Below, piece after piece: positions 8,145 to 17,480 of a stretch of 64,000 nucleotides of DNA. The notes beneath the pieces were generated by a model. That model worked only from the letters and a program-made list of their open reading frames with translations. It was not told the DNA's origin and ran no database searches. The stretch is from an uncultured Bacteroidota bacterium. Lineage in GTDB: Bacteria; Bacteroidota; Bacteroidia; Bacteroidales; SZUA-534. Where the stretch lies: the NCBI GenBank assembly GCA_946186925.1, contig CAMHPA010000001.1, forward strand, positions 17,327 through 81,326. The letters run 5' to 3'. Position numbers and translations under genes: made by a program. Each line of letters starts with the position of its first letter. The stretch's first letter is position 1.

Positions 8145-9446
8145 ATGGTTGACGAATCGCGTATATTACAAGTTCTTGCTGAACAAAAAGAGGAGAATGC
8201 CTCCCTCAAGCCACGGCATTGGGTTAAGCGTATGGAAGAATCTTTGTTTGAGTTCGATAGTCCGTTAGCGCAGGTTGTGATAGGTGTACGCCGCAGCGGA
8301 AAATCAACCTTATGCCATAAAGTGTTGAAAGAGCGCAGTGTGCGTTATGGATATGCCAACCTTGACGATGACCGTTTGGCCGATATGCGAGTCGAAGATT
8401 TAAACACGCTTCTCTCGTGCCTTTACCAACTTTATGGCACCGATGTGTCATATTTGTTTTTCGATGAAATACAAAACGTTGATGGATGGCATTTGTTTGT
8501 CAACCGTCTGTTACGCAACGGATTACATATTTTTGTAACAGGTAGCAACGCCAAATTGCTCAGCAGTGAACTTGCCACTTATCTCACAGGCCGCTACAAC
8601 GAAATCCACCTTTATCCGTTTTCATTTCCAGAATATTGTGCGTTCCATAATATTGACACTAAGGGTATTACAACAAAAGCCGATGCGGAATGCAAACGGG
8701 CGTTTGTTGATTATTTAAATACCGGTGGATTTCCCGAAATGCAGTCAATGCACAACAAACGCGGATATGTTCAGAGCCTTTTAGGTGCCATTTTGCAAAA
8801 AGACATACGGCAACGTTTTGGAATCTATCATATTGATGCTCTCGAAAAAATAGCATACAATCTGATTAGCAACGCCTGTCAAGTGGTGAATTACAATGAT
8901 TTGGCAACAACACTTGGATTGTCGGACAAGACGGTTAAAAAGTATGTTGGCTACCTACAGCAAGCATTTCTGGTGCAATTACTTCCGCGGCATTCATTCA
9001 AGAGTAAAGAAAGGTTGGTAGGTGAGAAGGCTTATCTTGTTGATAACGGACTGGAAAACAACCGCTATTTTTCGATGGCAGGCGAAAACACTGGATGGAG
9101 ATTGGAAAATGCTGTTTACATCGAATTGCTTCGCCGTTGTTCGAAAGCGTATTTCGATGTGTACTACTATCGACCCGATTCTAGGTCCAAAGAGGTTGAT
9201 TTTGTGGTATGTAACCAAAACCGCGCAGTAGAATTGGTACAAGTTGCTTTCGAAATCGACAAACCGAAAACTTTTGCGCGTGAGACGTCGTCGTTAGTTA
9301 AAGCATCGGCTTTGTTAAGGTGTGATAAGCTGACTCTTGTTGCATTTTCACCATCGAGAACCGAAGTTGTTGATGGCAAGGAGATTAAAATAGTTTCGGT
9401 AACAGATTGGTTTTTAAAGTCAGAAGACATATACGGAGAGTTGTGA
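8145..9446 (+). CDS. AAA-type ATP-binding protein with DUF4143-like C-terminal domain (COG1373-like)
   Basis: 433 aa with Walker A (GVRRSGKST), Walker B (LFFDEIQNVDGW) and the conserved GSNAKLLSSELATYLTGRY...LYPFSFPEY. The C-terminal segment is KEVDFVVCNQNRAVELVQVAFEI. The gene is lower in GC than its neighbours. Confidence 0.8.
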   Translation: MVDESRILQVLAEQKEENASLKPRHWVKRMEESLFEFDSPLAQVVIGVRRSGKSTLCHKVLKERSVRYGYANLDDDRLADMRVEDLNTLLSCLYQLYGTDVSYLFFDEIQNVDGWHLFVNRLLRNGLHIFVTGSNAKLLSSELATYLTGRYNEIHLYPFSFPEYCAFHNIDTKGITTKADAECKRAFVDYLNTGGFPEMQSMHNKRGYVQSLLGAILQKDIRQRFGIYHIDALEKIAYNLISNACQVVNYNDLATTLGLSDKTVKKYVGYLQQAFLVQLLPRHSFKSKERLVGEKAYLVDNGLENNRYFSMAGENTGWRLENAVYIELLRRCSKAYFDVYYYRPDSRSKEVDFVVCNQNRAVELVQVAFEIDKPKTFARETSSLVKASALLRCDKLTLVAFSPSRTEVVDGKEIKIVSVTDWFLKSEDIYGEL

Positions 9447-9504
9447 AAACTCACCGCATAACATAAAATCCGTCAACCAACTGACTGAATTAACGTTTTT
9501 GGAA

Positions 9505-9546
9505 CAAAAAAACCGCCGCAATCAACCTGTGACTACGGCGGTTTTA
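9505..9546. terminator. bidirectional rho-independent terminator between the ATPase gene and ribH
   Basis: The stem aaccgccg (9511-9518) pairs with cggcggtt (9536-9543). It is flanked by an A-run upstream and a T-run downstream, and sits between convergent genes. Confidence 0.6.
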
Positions 9547-9562
9547 TACCAAATAATAGAAT

Positions 9563-10135
9563 CTATTTTTGTTGTCTAAATTCCCGTTCGGCTTCTTCGC
9601 AAATGGCGTTCATTTCTTCAACAGTGAGACGTTTCGGAACATACTGCGTCATTTTCAGAGCCGTAACAGCGGCTTCAATGCCCTTGTTGCCAAGGCGTCC
9701 GCCTGAGCGGTCGAGAGCCTGCTGAAGGTTGTCGGTGGTGAGCACGCCGAATATTACAGGAATCTCACCGGCCGCGTTAATTGTTGACAAGCCGTTGGCC
9801 ACGCCTTCGCAGATGAAGTCGAAATGGCGCGTTTCGCCTTGAATCACACAGCCCAGGCAGATTATGGCGTCGGCCTCGCGCTCGCCGTCAATCAGTAGGT
9901 GGCTGTGGGCGTAGCGGGCGGCGGCGTATGTCAGCTCAAAGGTGCCCGGAACGTGGCAGACCAGAATGTCCTCGTCTTTCACTCCGTTCTCCTTCAGCGT
10001 CTTGATGGCGCCTTCAGCCATTGCGTTTGTGACCTGTTCGTTCCATTCGGCCACAATAACAACAAAACAGCGACCCTCACCCGAAGGTATGGTCGCTGCA
10101 TTGTATTCTGATAAGTTCTTAAGTGCTGTTGCCAT
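9563..10135 (-). CDS. ribH: 6,7-dimethyl-8-ribityllumazine synthase
   Basis: 190 aa with the motifs FVVIVAEWNEQVT, HVPGTFEL and GCVIQGETRHFDFI. A C-terminal extension is present. Confidence 0.9.
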   Translation of the reverse strand: MATALKNLSEYNAATIPSGEGRCFVVIVAEWNEQVTNAMAEGAIKTLKENGVKDEDILVCHVPGTFELTYAAARYAHSHLLIDGEREADAIICLGCVIQGETRHFDFICEGVANGLSTINAAGEIPVIFGVLTTDNLQQALDRSGGRLGNKGIEAAVTALKMTQYVPKRLTVEEMNAICEEAEREFRQQK

Positions 10136-10828
10136 TTATTTTGCAATCTCAGCGTTCATCTTCTCAATGTTCTTGTCGGCGTTCATTGCCTCCTGCGACA
10201 TTGCAAAGTCCTCTTTGATGGTCTTGTAGAGAGCCAGGGCCTTTTTGTTGTTGCCCAGTTTCTCGTAAACCTGTGCGGCCTTGTTCAGATAGAGCGGTGT
10301 TGTGAAATCGTTTTTGGCGTTGGCAGCGGCTTTCTCGTAATACGATGCGCCTTTTGCCTCTTCGCCTAACTCAACGTATGCGTCGCCCATCACGCCAAGT
10401 GCGACAGAACTCAAAGTAATGTCTTTCGATTTGAATTTCTTCAGGTGGCTGATGGCGCTCTCATAGTCGCCAGTGTACATATAGCACAAACCGGCATAGT
10501 AGTTGGCCAGCTTGGCGGTTTGGGTAATGCCGTAGTTGTCAATCACGTCAAGGAAACCGGCGTAGTTGCCGTCACCGTTAAGGGCGAGGTTGAACGAGTC
10601 GCGTTGAAAATATTGTTCGGCAGCGAACATTGCGGCGCTGGCCTCGTTGTTCTTCGGAATCAAGTAGAAGCGCTGAATAGCGAAGAAAATTGCCACTACG
10701 GCCAAAATACCGATGGCACCGTATGAGAGAACCGATTTGTGGTCGTTGATGAACAATTCGGCTTTGTTCAGTGATTCCTGTACACTTTCGAAGCTGTCAG
10801 GTTGCTGTTCTTTTGTATTTTTCGACAT
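10136..10828 (-). CDS. tetratricopeptide-repeat membrane-anchored protein (YfgM-like)
   Basis: 230 aa with one N-terminal TM segment (LSYGAIGILAVVAIFFAI) and TPR-like repeats (AKLANYYAGLCYMYTGDYESAISHLKK...). Its stop codon abuts the ribH start. Confidence 0.75.
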   Translation of the reverse strand: MSKNTKEQQPDSFESVQESLNKAELFINDHKSVLSYGAIGILAVVAIFFAIQRFYLIPKNNEASAAMFAAEQYFQRDSFNLALNGDGNYAGFLDVIDNYGITQTAKLANYYAGLCYMYTGDYESAISHLKKFKSKDITLSSVALGVMGDAYVELGEEAKGASYYEKAAANAKNDFTTPLYLNKAAQVYEKLGNNKKALALYKTIKEDFAMSQEAMNADKNIEKMNAEIAK

Positions 10829-10856
10829 AAGACTATTTATTTTTCAATTAGCGTGG

Positions 10857-10864
10857 CAAAAATA
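10857..10864 (-). promoter_or_regulatory. -7 promoter box (TAnnTTTG on the minus strand) for the TPR-ribH unit
   Basis: caaaaata is the reverse complement of tatttttg. It lies 28 nt upstream of the start at 10828. Confidence 0.35.
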
Positions 10865-11020
10865 ATCGTTTTTATCATTTATCGAAATAAATCTTTGCCG
10901 CTGTAACTTAGCGAAGTTTTAAGTTATAAGTTGTTGAAGTTTTAAGTTTAATTAATTTATTTTCTGATAATTATCGGATAACAAGTTGTTTTTTGTCTGC
11001 AGTCTGATGTCCGTAGTCTT

Positions 11021-12058
11021 TTAATACGCCGATTTGAATTGTTTCAGGAATCGGATGTCGTTCTCGAAATAGAGTCGCAGGTCGCGCACTTGGTATTTGA
11101 GCATTGCAATGCGCTCAACGCCCATACCGAAGGCGAAACCAGTGTATTTCTCGCTGTCGATGCCGCAGTTTTTCAGCACGTTGGGGTCAACCATTCCGCA
11201 GCCCAGAATCTCGAGCCACCCGGTGCCTTTGCAGATGTTGCAGCCCTTGCCGCCGCAGATTGAGCACGACACATCCATCTCGGCCGACGGCTCGGTGAAC
11301 GGGAAGTACGACGGGCGCAGACGGATTTTGGTGTCGTTGCCGAACATCTCTTTGGCGAAATATAAAAGTGTCTGTTTTAAATCGGCAAACGAAACATTTT
11401 CAGCAACATACAAACCCTCAACCTGGTGGAAGATGCAGTGTGCGCGGGCCGAAATGGCTTCGTTGCGGAACACGCGGCCCGGGAAAATCATACGGATTGG
11501 CGGCTGGCGTTTTTCCATTATGCGCGACTGCACGCTCGAAGTGTGGGTGCGCAGCAGAATGTCGTGCGGGTCGGGCTCCATCGATTTCTTCTCAACAAAG
11601 AATGTGTCCTGCATATCGCGTGCGGGGTGCTCGGCGGCGAAGTTCATTGCCGAGAACACGTGCCAGTCGTCCTCAACCTCGGGACCTTCGGCAACGGTGA
11701 ACCCGATGCGGCTGAAGATGTCCACAATCTCGTTCTTGACGATTGAAATGGGGTGGCGGGTGCCAATCTCAAACGGCTCGCCAGGGCGCGTCAGGTCATG
11801 GCGGCTGTCGTCCGACACTGCGTTTTCGAGTGCGGCGGCGGCATCGTCATATTTCTGCTGTGCAAACTGTTTCAGCTTGTTGATTTCAGCGCCCAGCTGT
11901 TTTTTCATCTCGGCCGGAACGGTGCGGAACTCGTCGAACAGTTGGCCAATCTCGCCCTTCTTGCTCAAATATTTCAAGCGGAATTGCTCAAGGCTTTCCG
12001 CCGAATTGGCCTGGAACTGCTGAACAGAGCTTGCCAATTCCTTTATCTTGTCTAGCAT
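11021..12058 (-). CDS. pheS: phenylalanine--tRNA ligase alpha subunit
   Basis: 345 aa with class II aaRS motifs (FRNEAISARAHCIFHQVEG; GFAFGMGVERIAMLKY). Confidence 0.95.
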   Translation of the reverse strand: MLDKIKELASSVQQFQANSAESLEQFRLKYLSKKGEIGQLFDEFRTVPAEMKKQLGAEINKLKQFAQQKYDDAAAALENAVSDDSRHDLTRPGEPFEIGTRHPISIVKNEIVDIFSRIGFTVAEGPEVEDDWHVFSAMNFAAEHPARDMQDTFFVEKKSMEPDPHDILLRTHTSSVQSRIMEKRQPPIRMIFPGRVFRNEAISARAHCIFHQVEGLYVAENVSFADLKQTLLYFAKEMFGNDTKIRLRPSYFPFTEPSAEMDVSCSICGGKGCNICKGTGWLEILGCGMVDPNVLKNCGIDSEKYTGFAFGMGVERIAMLKYQVRDLRLYFENDIRFLKQFKSAY

Positions 12059-12082
12059 ATATTGTTGTTTTTAAAACGAGTG

Positions 12083-12090
12083 CAAAGGTA
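12083..12090 (-). promoter_or_regulatory. -7 promoter box for pheS
   Basis: caaaggta is the reverse complement of tacctttg. It lies 24 nt upstream of the start at 12058. Confidence 0.35.
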
Positions 12091-12241
12091 GTAAAAGTTA
12101 GCGTTTATTAGGAACATTATTTCGATGAAAGGCAGACGGACCGAATAAGCATTTTGCATTTGGGTGAGAATAAAAAAATTGGCACTACAAGTCGAACATT
12201 CAGTTTTTTTTCGCAATTTGCTGATTGTAAAATTCATCACA

Positions 12242-13294
12242 ATGAGGCTATTAGTTTCAACGTTCGTCATGGCGGCCGTCGCATTGTCGGCGTGTCATCC
12301 GGTCAGTACTCGCAACAGCGAAAAACATGGCGGCACACTGCGAGTCAACATTAGCGATATTCCGCACATTATTTTTCCCGGACAAGTTGAGAAGCGAAGC
12401 GAGCAAATTATTGTTAACCAAGTGTATGCAGGGTTGGTGAAATACAACCAGCGCACGCTCGAGATAGTGCCGTCCATTGCCAAGAATTATAGCATTTCGC
12501 CCGATGAGCTCACCTATACGTTTGTGCTCAATAAAAAGGCTCGTTTCCAAGACGATCGTTGTTTCAGGCAGGGGCGGGGGAGGCATATTGTAGCTGCCGA
12601 CTTTAAATATTCTATTGAGCAGATCTGCCGAAATAAATTGGTTGAGGGAAATGTCATATCGCGACAGGTGATGAACATTGTGGGAGCCGACAGTTTCATG
12701 CTGAAGGCCAGAAACAATGACTTAGTGGATATTCCGGGGATTGTAGCTCCAAACGACAGCACGCTGATAATCAATCTAAAAACACCCGACAAACTTTTCA
12801 TTCATTATTTGGCCAGTACCAATGCGCTTGTTTTTGCCCGCGAGGCGTTCAATGCCTACGGAGTCAATGGTTCTGTTGGTTCAGGACCATTCAAGTTTAA
12901 GTATCCTAAAACCATCGGGCAGGCTATCGAATTGGTTTATAATCCATACTATTGGGAGGTGTCGGAGCAGAACGAGCAGCTGCCGTACCTTGATACCGTC
13001 ACAGTATCATTCATAACCTCGACTCAAAAGGAGCTGTATATGTTCGGCTCAGGTTTTGTTGACTTGGTATTTGATCTGCCGATAAGCTATTTGGCTGATT
13101 TTCTGGAATCGAACATTGGCGGATTTCAGTCTGATCCGCCACGATTCATAATGACAAACACCACAAGGGCAAATAATGAAAAACGCTTTAACCTGATGAC
13201 ATCCAACATCAATGGTGTGCACATTAACTCACAAAACTACTTCGATTTCTCGAAAGTATACCTGAGTTCCCCCGAGTCTGACAGTGGTTTTTAA
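12242..13294 (+). CDS. solute-binding-protein family 5-like lipoprotein (short, orphan)
   Basis: Likely start is ATG 12242 (MRLLVSTFVMAAVALSAC, lipobox LSAC). The N-terminal lobe is typical of SBP_bac_5 (GGTLRVN...IVNQVYAGLVKYN...LEIVPSIAKNYSISPDELTYTFVLNKKARFQD). It is only about 350 aa. Confidence 0.6.
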   Translation: MRLLVSTFVMAAVALSACHPVSTRNSEKHGGTLRVNISDIPHIIFPGQVEKRSEQIIVNQVYAGLVKYNQRTLEIVPSIAKNYSISPDELTYTFVLNKKARFQDDRCFRQGRGRHIVAADFKYSIEQICRNKLVEGNVISRQVMNIVGADSFMLKARNNDLVDIPGIVAPNDSTLIINLKTPDKLFIHYLASTNALVFAREAFNAYGVNGSVGSGPFKFKYPKTIGQAIELVYNPYYWEVSEQNEQLPYLDTVTVSFITSTQKELYMFGSGFVDLVFDLPISYLADFLESNIGGFQSDPPRFIMTNTTRANNEKRFNLMTSNINGVHINSQNYFDFSKVYLSSPESDSGF

Positions 13295-13297
13295 CGG

Positions 13298-14206
13298 CTA
13301 CGAGTCAGCCTGTTCGTCGAGTTTGTCGGCAAATAGGTTGAGGAACCGCTTGGGAGTGTGGCTCTCAAACCGCAAAATTTTATCTGTGGCCGGATGTCGG
13401 AACGACAGTGCCCAGGCGTGCAGACCTAACCGTCCGAGAGGATTCAGTGTGGAGCCATAGCGCAGATCGCCCACAATGGGATGGCCAATATCGTGAAGTT
13501 GAGCCCGAATCTGGTGCTTGCAGTTGGTCTCAATGTTGACGCGCAGCATCGAAAACCGCCCGTTGCTTTTCATTGTATTCACATGAGTGACGGCTAATTG
13601 CCCTTGGTTAGGATTTTGGCTTGAACATATTTTTTGTGTCTTTTTATCGAGCCAGAGGTATGATTTTAAAATGCCGTTTTCTTTGTCGATAGAGCCCTCA
13701 ACAATAGCCAGATACGTATAATCATCAATGCTTAATTCCTGTTGCAGGCGCTCTTTGGCCAGACGGCTTTTAGCAAATACTACCAAGCCCGATGTCTCAC
13801 GGTCGATGCTGGTGATCATGAAAACGTTGTTGGCCGGGTGCTGACGCCTTACGTAGCGGAGCAGAGTGGATGTCACTGTCTTCGAATCTTTCGATGCCGA
13901 TGAGCAGAGCATTCCAGCGTGTTTGTCGACAACTATAATATGCTCGTCTTCAAACACTATGGTCATTCCGGCAAAAGACATTTCGGCCGGGGCTTTGAAT
14001 TTCAGAATCTGTACGGTATCGCCTTTTTGCAGCTGGTGGTTGTAGAAGCCCACAACCTGTCCATTGACAAGCATCTGGCGGTGATTGAGCAGGGTTTTGA
14101 TGTTGTTGCGGTTTTTGCCCGGAAGGCTTGTCAGCAGAAACTCCATCAGTTGGCCACCATCTTTGGCCACCATTGGAGGCACCTCTTTAACACGTGGTTT
14201 ATGCAT
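13298..14206 (-). CDS. RluA-family 23S rRNA/tRNA pseudouridine synthase with N-terminal S4 domain
   Basis: Catalytic motif IDRETSGLVVFAK and an S4-like segment NNIKTLLNHRQMLVNGQVV. The start is set at ATG 14206 because the upstream 12 codons overlap the queA terminator hairpin. Confidence 0.85.
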   Translation of the reverse strand: MHKPRVKEVPPMVAKDGGQLMEFLLTSLPGKNRNNIKTLLNHRQMLVNGQVVGFYNHQLQKGDTVQILKFKAPAEMSFAGMTIVFEDEHIIVVDKHAGMLCSSASKDSKTVTSTLLRYVRRQHPANNVFMITSIDRETSGLVVFAKSRLAKERLQQELSIDDYTYLAIVEGSIDKENGILKSYLWLDKKTQKICSSQNPNQGQLAVTHVNTMKSNGRFSMLRVNIETNCKHQIRAQLHDIGHPIVGDLRYGSTLNPLGRLGLHAWALSFRHPATDKILRFESHTPKRFLNLFADKLDEQADS

Positions 14207-14223
14207 ATCTGTAGTTTTTTTCA

Positions 14224-14254
14224 CAAAAAAAGGAAGCCGCAAAACCGGGCTTCC
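14224..14254 (-). terminator. rho-independent terminator after queA
   Basis: On the minus strand: GGAAGCC (14254-14248), a 9-nt loop, GGCTTCC (14238-14232), then T7 (14231-14225). Confidence 0.65.
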
Positions 14255-14277
14255 TTGTAATTATATTTTGCTGGTTA

Positions 14278-15327
14278 TCAAAGAATCAGCATAGCATCAC
14301 CATATGCGCCGAATTTGTAACCCTCTTTAAGAGCCACGCGGTATGATTCCATCAGCAAATCGTAGCCGGTGTATGCTGCAACCATCATCATCAGTGTCGA
14401 TTGCGGCAGGTGAAAGTTTGATACCATTGAGCTTGCCACGCTGAAGTCGTAGGGCGGGAAGATGAACTTGTTGGTCCATCCGTCGAACGGTTTCAGGTAG
14501 CCGTAGGTTGACACCGAGCTCTCGAGCGTGCGCATCACTGTGGTGCCAATGGCGCAAACCTGATGGCGGCCGTCTTTGGCTTTGTTCACAATGTTGGCGG
14601 CCTCTTCTGGAATGAGTATCTGCTCTGAGTCCATTTTGTGTTTTGTCAGATCCTCAACGTCAACTGAGCGGAAGTTACCAAGGCCCACGTGAAGGGTGAT
14701 TTCAGCAAAATTGATTCCTTTGATTTCGCAGCGTTTGAGCAGCTCACGGCTGAAGTGCATGCCGGCTGTTGGTGCGGCCACGGCGCCCTCGTGTTTTGCA
14801 AAAATAGTCTGATAGCGGTCGGCGTCCTCAGGAACCACCCCGCGTTTGATATATCGCGGAAGCGGTGTCTCGCCAAGCGAATAGAGTGTTTTCTTGAATT
14901 CCTCGTAAGGCCCGTCGAAAAGGAAGCGCAGGGTGCGGCCGCGAGAGGTGGTGTTGTCGATGACCTCGGCCACCAGTGAGTCGTCTTCGCCAAAGTAGAG
15001 TTTGTTACCGATGCGGATTTTGCGCGCTGGGTCAACAAGCACATCCCACAGACGCTGGTCGTGGTTGAGCTCGCGAAGCAGAAAAACCTCTATTTTTGCG
15101 CCAGTCTTCTCCTTGTTACCGTAGAGGCGGGCTGGGAACACCTTGGTGTTGTTGAACACAAACACATCCTGGTCATCGAAATAATTGATGATATCTTTAA
15201 AGATGCGGTGCTCAAACTGCCCCGTTTTGCGGTTTACAACCAACAGGCGCGCTTCGTCGCGGTTTTCCGAAGGGTAAAGTGCGATGCTTTCCTCGGGCAA
15301 ATCGTAATTAAATTGCGAAAGTTTCAT
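14278..15327 (-). CDS. queA: S-adenosylmethionine:tRNA ribosyltransferase-isomerase
   Basis: 349 aa starting [19 protein letters not shown], with ...AAPTAGMHF... conserved throughout. Confidence 0.95.
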   Translation of the reverse strand: MKLSQFNYDLPEESIALYPSENRDEARLLVVNRKTGQFEHRIFKDIINYFDDQDVFVFNNTKVFPARLYGNKEKTGAKIEVFLLRELNHDQRLWDVLVDPARKIRIGNKLYFGEDDSLVAEVIDNTTSRGRTLRFLFDGPYEEFKKTLYSLGETPLPRYIKRGVVPEDADRYQTIFAKHEGAVAAPTAGMHFSRELLKRCEIKGINFAEITLHVGLGNFRSVDVEDLTKHKMDSEQILIPEEAANIVNKAKDGRHQVCAIGTTVMRTLESSVSTYGYLKPFDGWTNKFIFPPYDFSVASSMVSNFHLPQSTLMMMVAAYTGYDLLMESYRVALKEGYKFGAYGDAMLIL

Positions 15328-15389
15328 TCAAAAAAATTTTTACTGTTTTAAAAGCGTTTGCGTGTGGCGCAAAGCCATTCTGGTGTTAT

Positions 15390-16136
15390 TTATAACAAGT
15401 CATTTACGCTGTTATTTGCAATGGGTTGCAAGTTTTTGATAATTTTTTCAAATTCTGTTATTTCAATGGCGTCGCTGACGCTGAAATTGCCGCTGGCGGT
15501 GCGCCTGAGGTCGTGCAGATAGGCTCCCGAGCCAAGCCGCTCGCCAAAATCGCGGGCCAAGGCGCGGATGTATGTTCCCTTGCTGCATTTTATGTTCACG
15601 GTCACCATTGGCAAATCGCACTCAATCAGTTCGATGCGCTCGATGTTGATTCGTGCCGGTTTCAGCTCAACCTCTCTGCCTTTGCGAGCGGCCACGTAGG
15701 CGCGCTGGCCTCCAATCTGCTTTGCCGAAAAGAGAGGTGGCACCTGGTCCTGCTCGCCCTCGAAGGTTCGCAGCACTTCCTCAACACGCTCACGGGTTAT
15801 GCCCTCGGTGCTGAGGGTGCGGTCGATTTCGGTCTCGCGGTCGTACGACGGAGTGGTGGCGCCAAGCATAAACGTGCCGATGTACTCTTTGTCGTGAGCC
15901 TGAATCTCCTCAATGCGCTTGGTGAACTTCCCTGTGCACACAATGAGCAGGCCGGTGGCCAGAGGGTCGAGCGTTCCGGCGTGACCGACTTTGATTTTTT
16001 TCAGACCAAACTGGTTTTTAAGCAGATAGCGCACCTTGTTCACCACATCGAACGAAGTCCACTTGAGCGGTTTGTCAATCAATATGATTTGTCCCTCCTC
16101 AAAATCATATTGCTTTTTTCCAGGTGTGAAGATCAT
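15390..16136 (-). CDS. truB: tRNA pseudouridine(55) synthase
   Basis: 248 aa with the motifs LIDKPLKWTSFDVV and KVGHAGTLDPLATGLL. Confidence 0.95.
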   Translation of the reverse strand: MIFTPGKKQYDFEEGQIILIDKPLKWTSFDVVNKVRYLLKNQFGLKKIKVGHAGTLDPLATGLLIVCTGKFTKRIEEIQAHDKEYIGTFMLGATTPSYDRETEIDRTLSTEGITRERVEEVLRTFEGEQDQVPPLFSAKQIGGQRAYVAARKGREVELKPARINIERIELIECDLPMVTVNIKCSKGTYIRALARDFGERLGSGAYLHDLRRTASGNFSVSDAIEITEFEKIIKNLQPIANNSVNDLL

Positions 16137-16148
16137 CGCAAACGGCTG

Positions 16149-16394
16149 TCAATCATCGTTTTCCGGTTTACGCATAATGGCGTAGATTTCGAACAGGAAT
16201 CCGGCCAGCACCACAACCGGTGCAATCACTATCCGGCGGACGTTGAACATTGCCTCGTTGAACACTTTCGGGTCGTCGGAGCGGCCGCCGGCCATCAGAA
16301 TGAAGCCGAAAACCAAGATGGCGATTCCAATCCAAATCAGTTTGTAGTTGCTGGGGTGAATGGCAAAACCTGTTTTTTTTGTCTCGTTATCCAT
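16149..16394 (-). CDS. small two-TM membrane protein (DUF3098-like)
   Basis: 81 aa with two hydrophobic helices. It sits between ftsX and truB, the position typical of Bacteroidota DUF3098. Confidence 0.6.
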   Translation of the reverse strand: MDNETKKTGFAIHPSNYKLIWIGIAILVFGFILMAGGRSDDPKVFNEAMFNVRRIVIAPVVVLAGFLFEIYAIMRKPENDD

Positions 16395-16406
16395 AAGTGT
16401 TTGATT

Positions 16407-17294
16407 TTATGCATATAAGTCGTTGCCTTTCATTCGCAGGTAGCGGTTGACGGCAAAAAAGTTTGAAATCCAGACAATGAAAAAGCCGATGGCCATGATG
16501 CCGGCGAAAAGGATGGCGATGGTATCGAGCTCATACAATATCGACAGTTCGGGCAAGTGTCTGTCAGTGATGTAGATAGTGCCGCCAAGCAGCACAAATG
16601 TTATCAGTATGCTGATGAGCGCGTGCTCAAGGCTCTTGATGATGAAAGGCGCCCGCACAAACGACCTGGTAGCTCCTACCAGCTCCATTGTCTTTATCAG
16701 AAAGCGGCGGGCGTATACCGACAAGCGTATTGTATTGTTAATCAGTGAAAGTGAAATGATGAACAGCAGCCCACAGAAGACAAGCAGTACAAGACTAATT
16801 TTCTTAATATTCTGATTGACAGCCTCAATGAGCGATTTTTGGTATGCCACTTCTTTTACCTGTGAGTATTTGACAAGCTTTTTCTCGATTTTGGCAATGC
16901 TGTCGGCGTTGGCGTACTCGGCTTTCAGCTTGACCTCGATTGACGGCAGCAACGGATTGTAGCCCAAGAAGTTGACAAAATCCTCGCCAAGTTCGTCCTT
17001 CAGCTCCTGCGCGGCCTGCTCTTTTGATATGAACTCGGTTGAGCGCACGAAATTTGAGGCATCGAGGCTTTTTTGCAGTTTTATCATGTCCACCTCTTTG
17101 ATGTCGTTGTTAAGGAACACGGTGACACCGATGTTCTCTTTAACGTGGCGCGATATTTTGTGGGCGTTCAGAATCAGCAGTCCGACAAGCCCTATCACAA
17201 ACAAAACCAATGAGATGCTTATAATGGTTGTCAAGTACGAACTCCGCAATTGCCGCGCTGTGACACGAGTTTCTTTTTTGCTCATTTTCAACAA
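16407..17294 (-). CDS. ftsX: cell-division FtsX-like permease
   Basis: 295 aa with an N-terminal TM segment, a periplasmic domain and three C-terminal TM segments (FtsX topology). It has the conserved ELVGATRSFVRAPF motif. Confidence 0.8.
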   Translation of the reverse strand: MLKMSKKETRVTARQLRSSYLTTIISISLVLFVIGLVGLLILNAHKISRHVKENIGVTVFLNNDIKEVDMIKLQKSLDASNFVRSTEFISKEQAAQELKDELGEDFVNFLGYNPLLPSIEVKLKAEYANADSIAKIEKKLVKYSQVKEVAYQKSLIEAVNQNIKKISLVLLVFCGLLFIISLSLINNTIRLSVYARRFLIKTMELVGATRSFVRAPFIIKSLEHALISILITFVLLGGTIYITDRHLPELSILYELDTIAILFAGIMAIGFFIVWISNFFAVNRYLRMKGNDLYA

Positions 17295-17305
17295 TTATTG
17301 GTTGG

Positions 17306-17313
17306 CAAATATA
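17306..17313 (-). promoter_or_regulatory. -7 promoter box for the ftsX-DUF3098-truB-queA unit
   Basis: caaatata is the reverse complement of tatatttg. It lies just upstream of the ftsX start. Confidence 0.35.
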
Positions 17314-17480
17314 GGTGAGTTCCGCAAAAATGCCAACAAAATTTATCGTGGCGGCTAAACACAAAAAAGGCTGTCCGCCTGACGCCCAAAAAGCCGAAAA
17401 CGAAAAAAATGCTGTTTAAACGCCTGAAACCTTAAATTATTCGGGAACTTGCCTTAATTTTACAAAACAAACATTACGAT

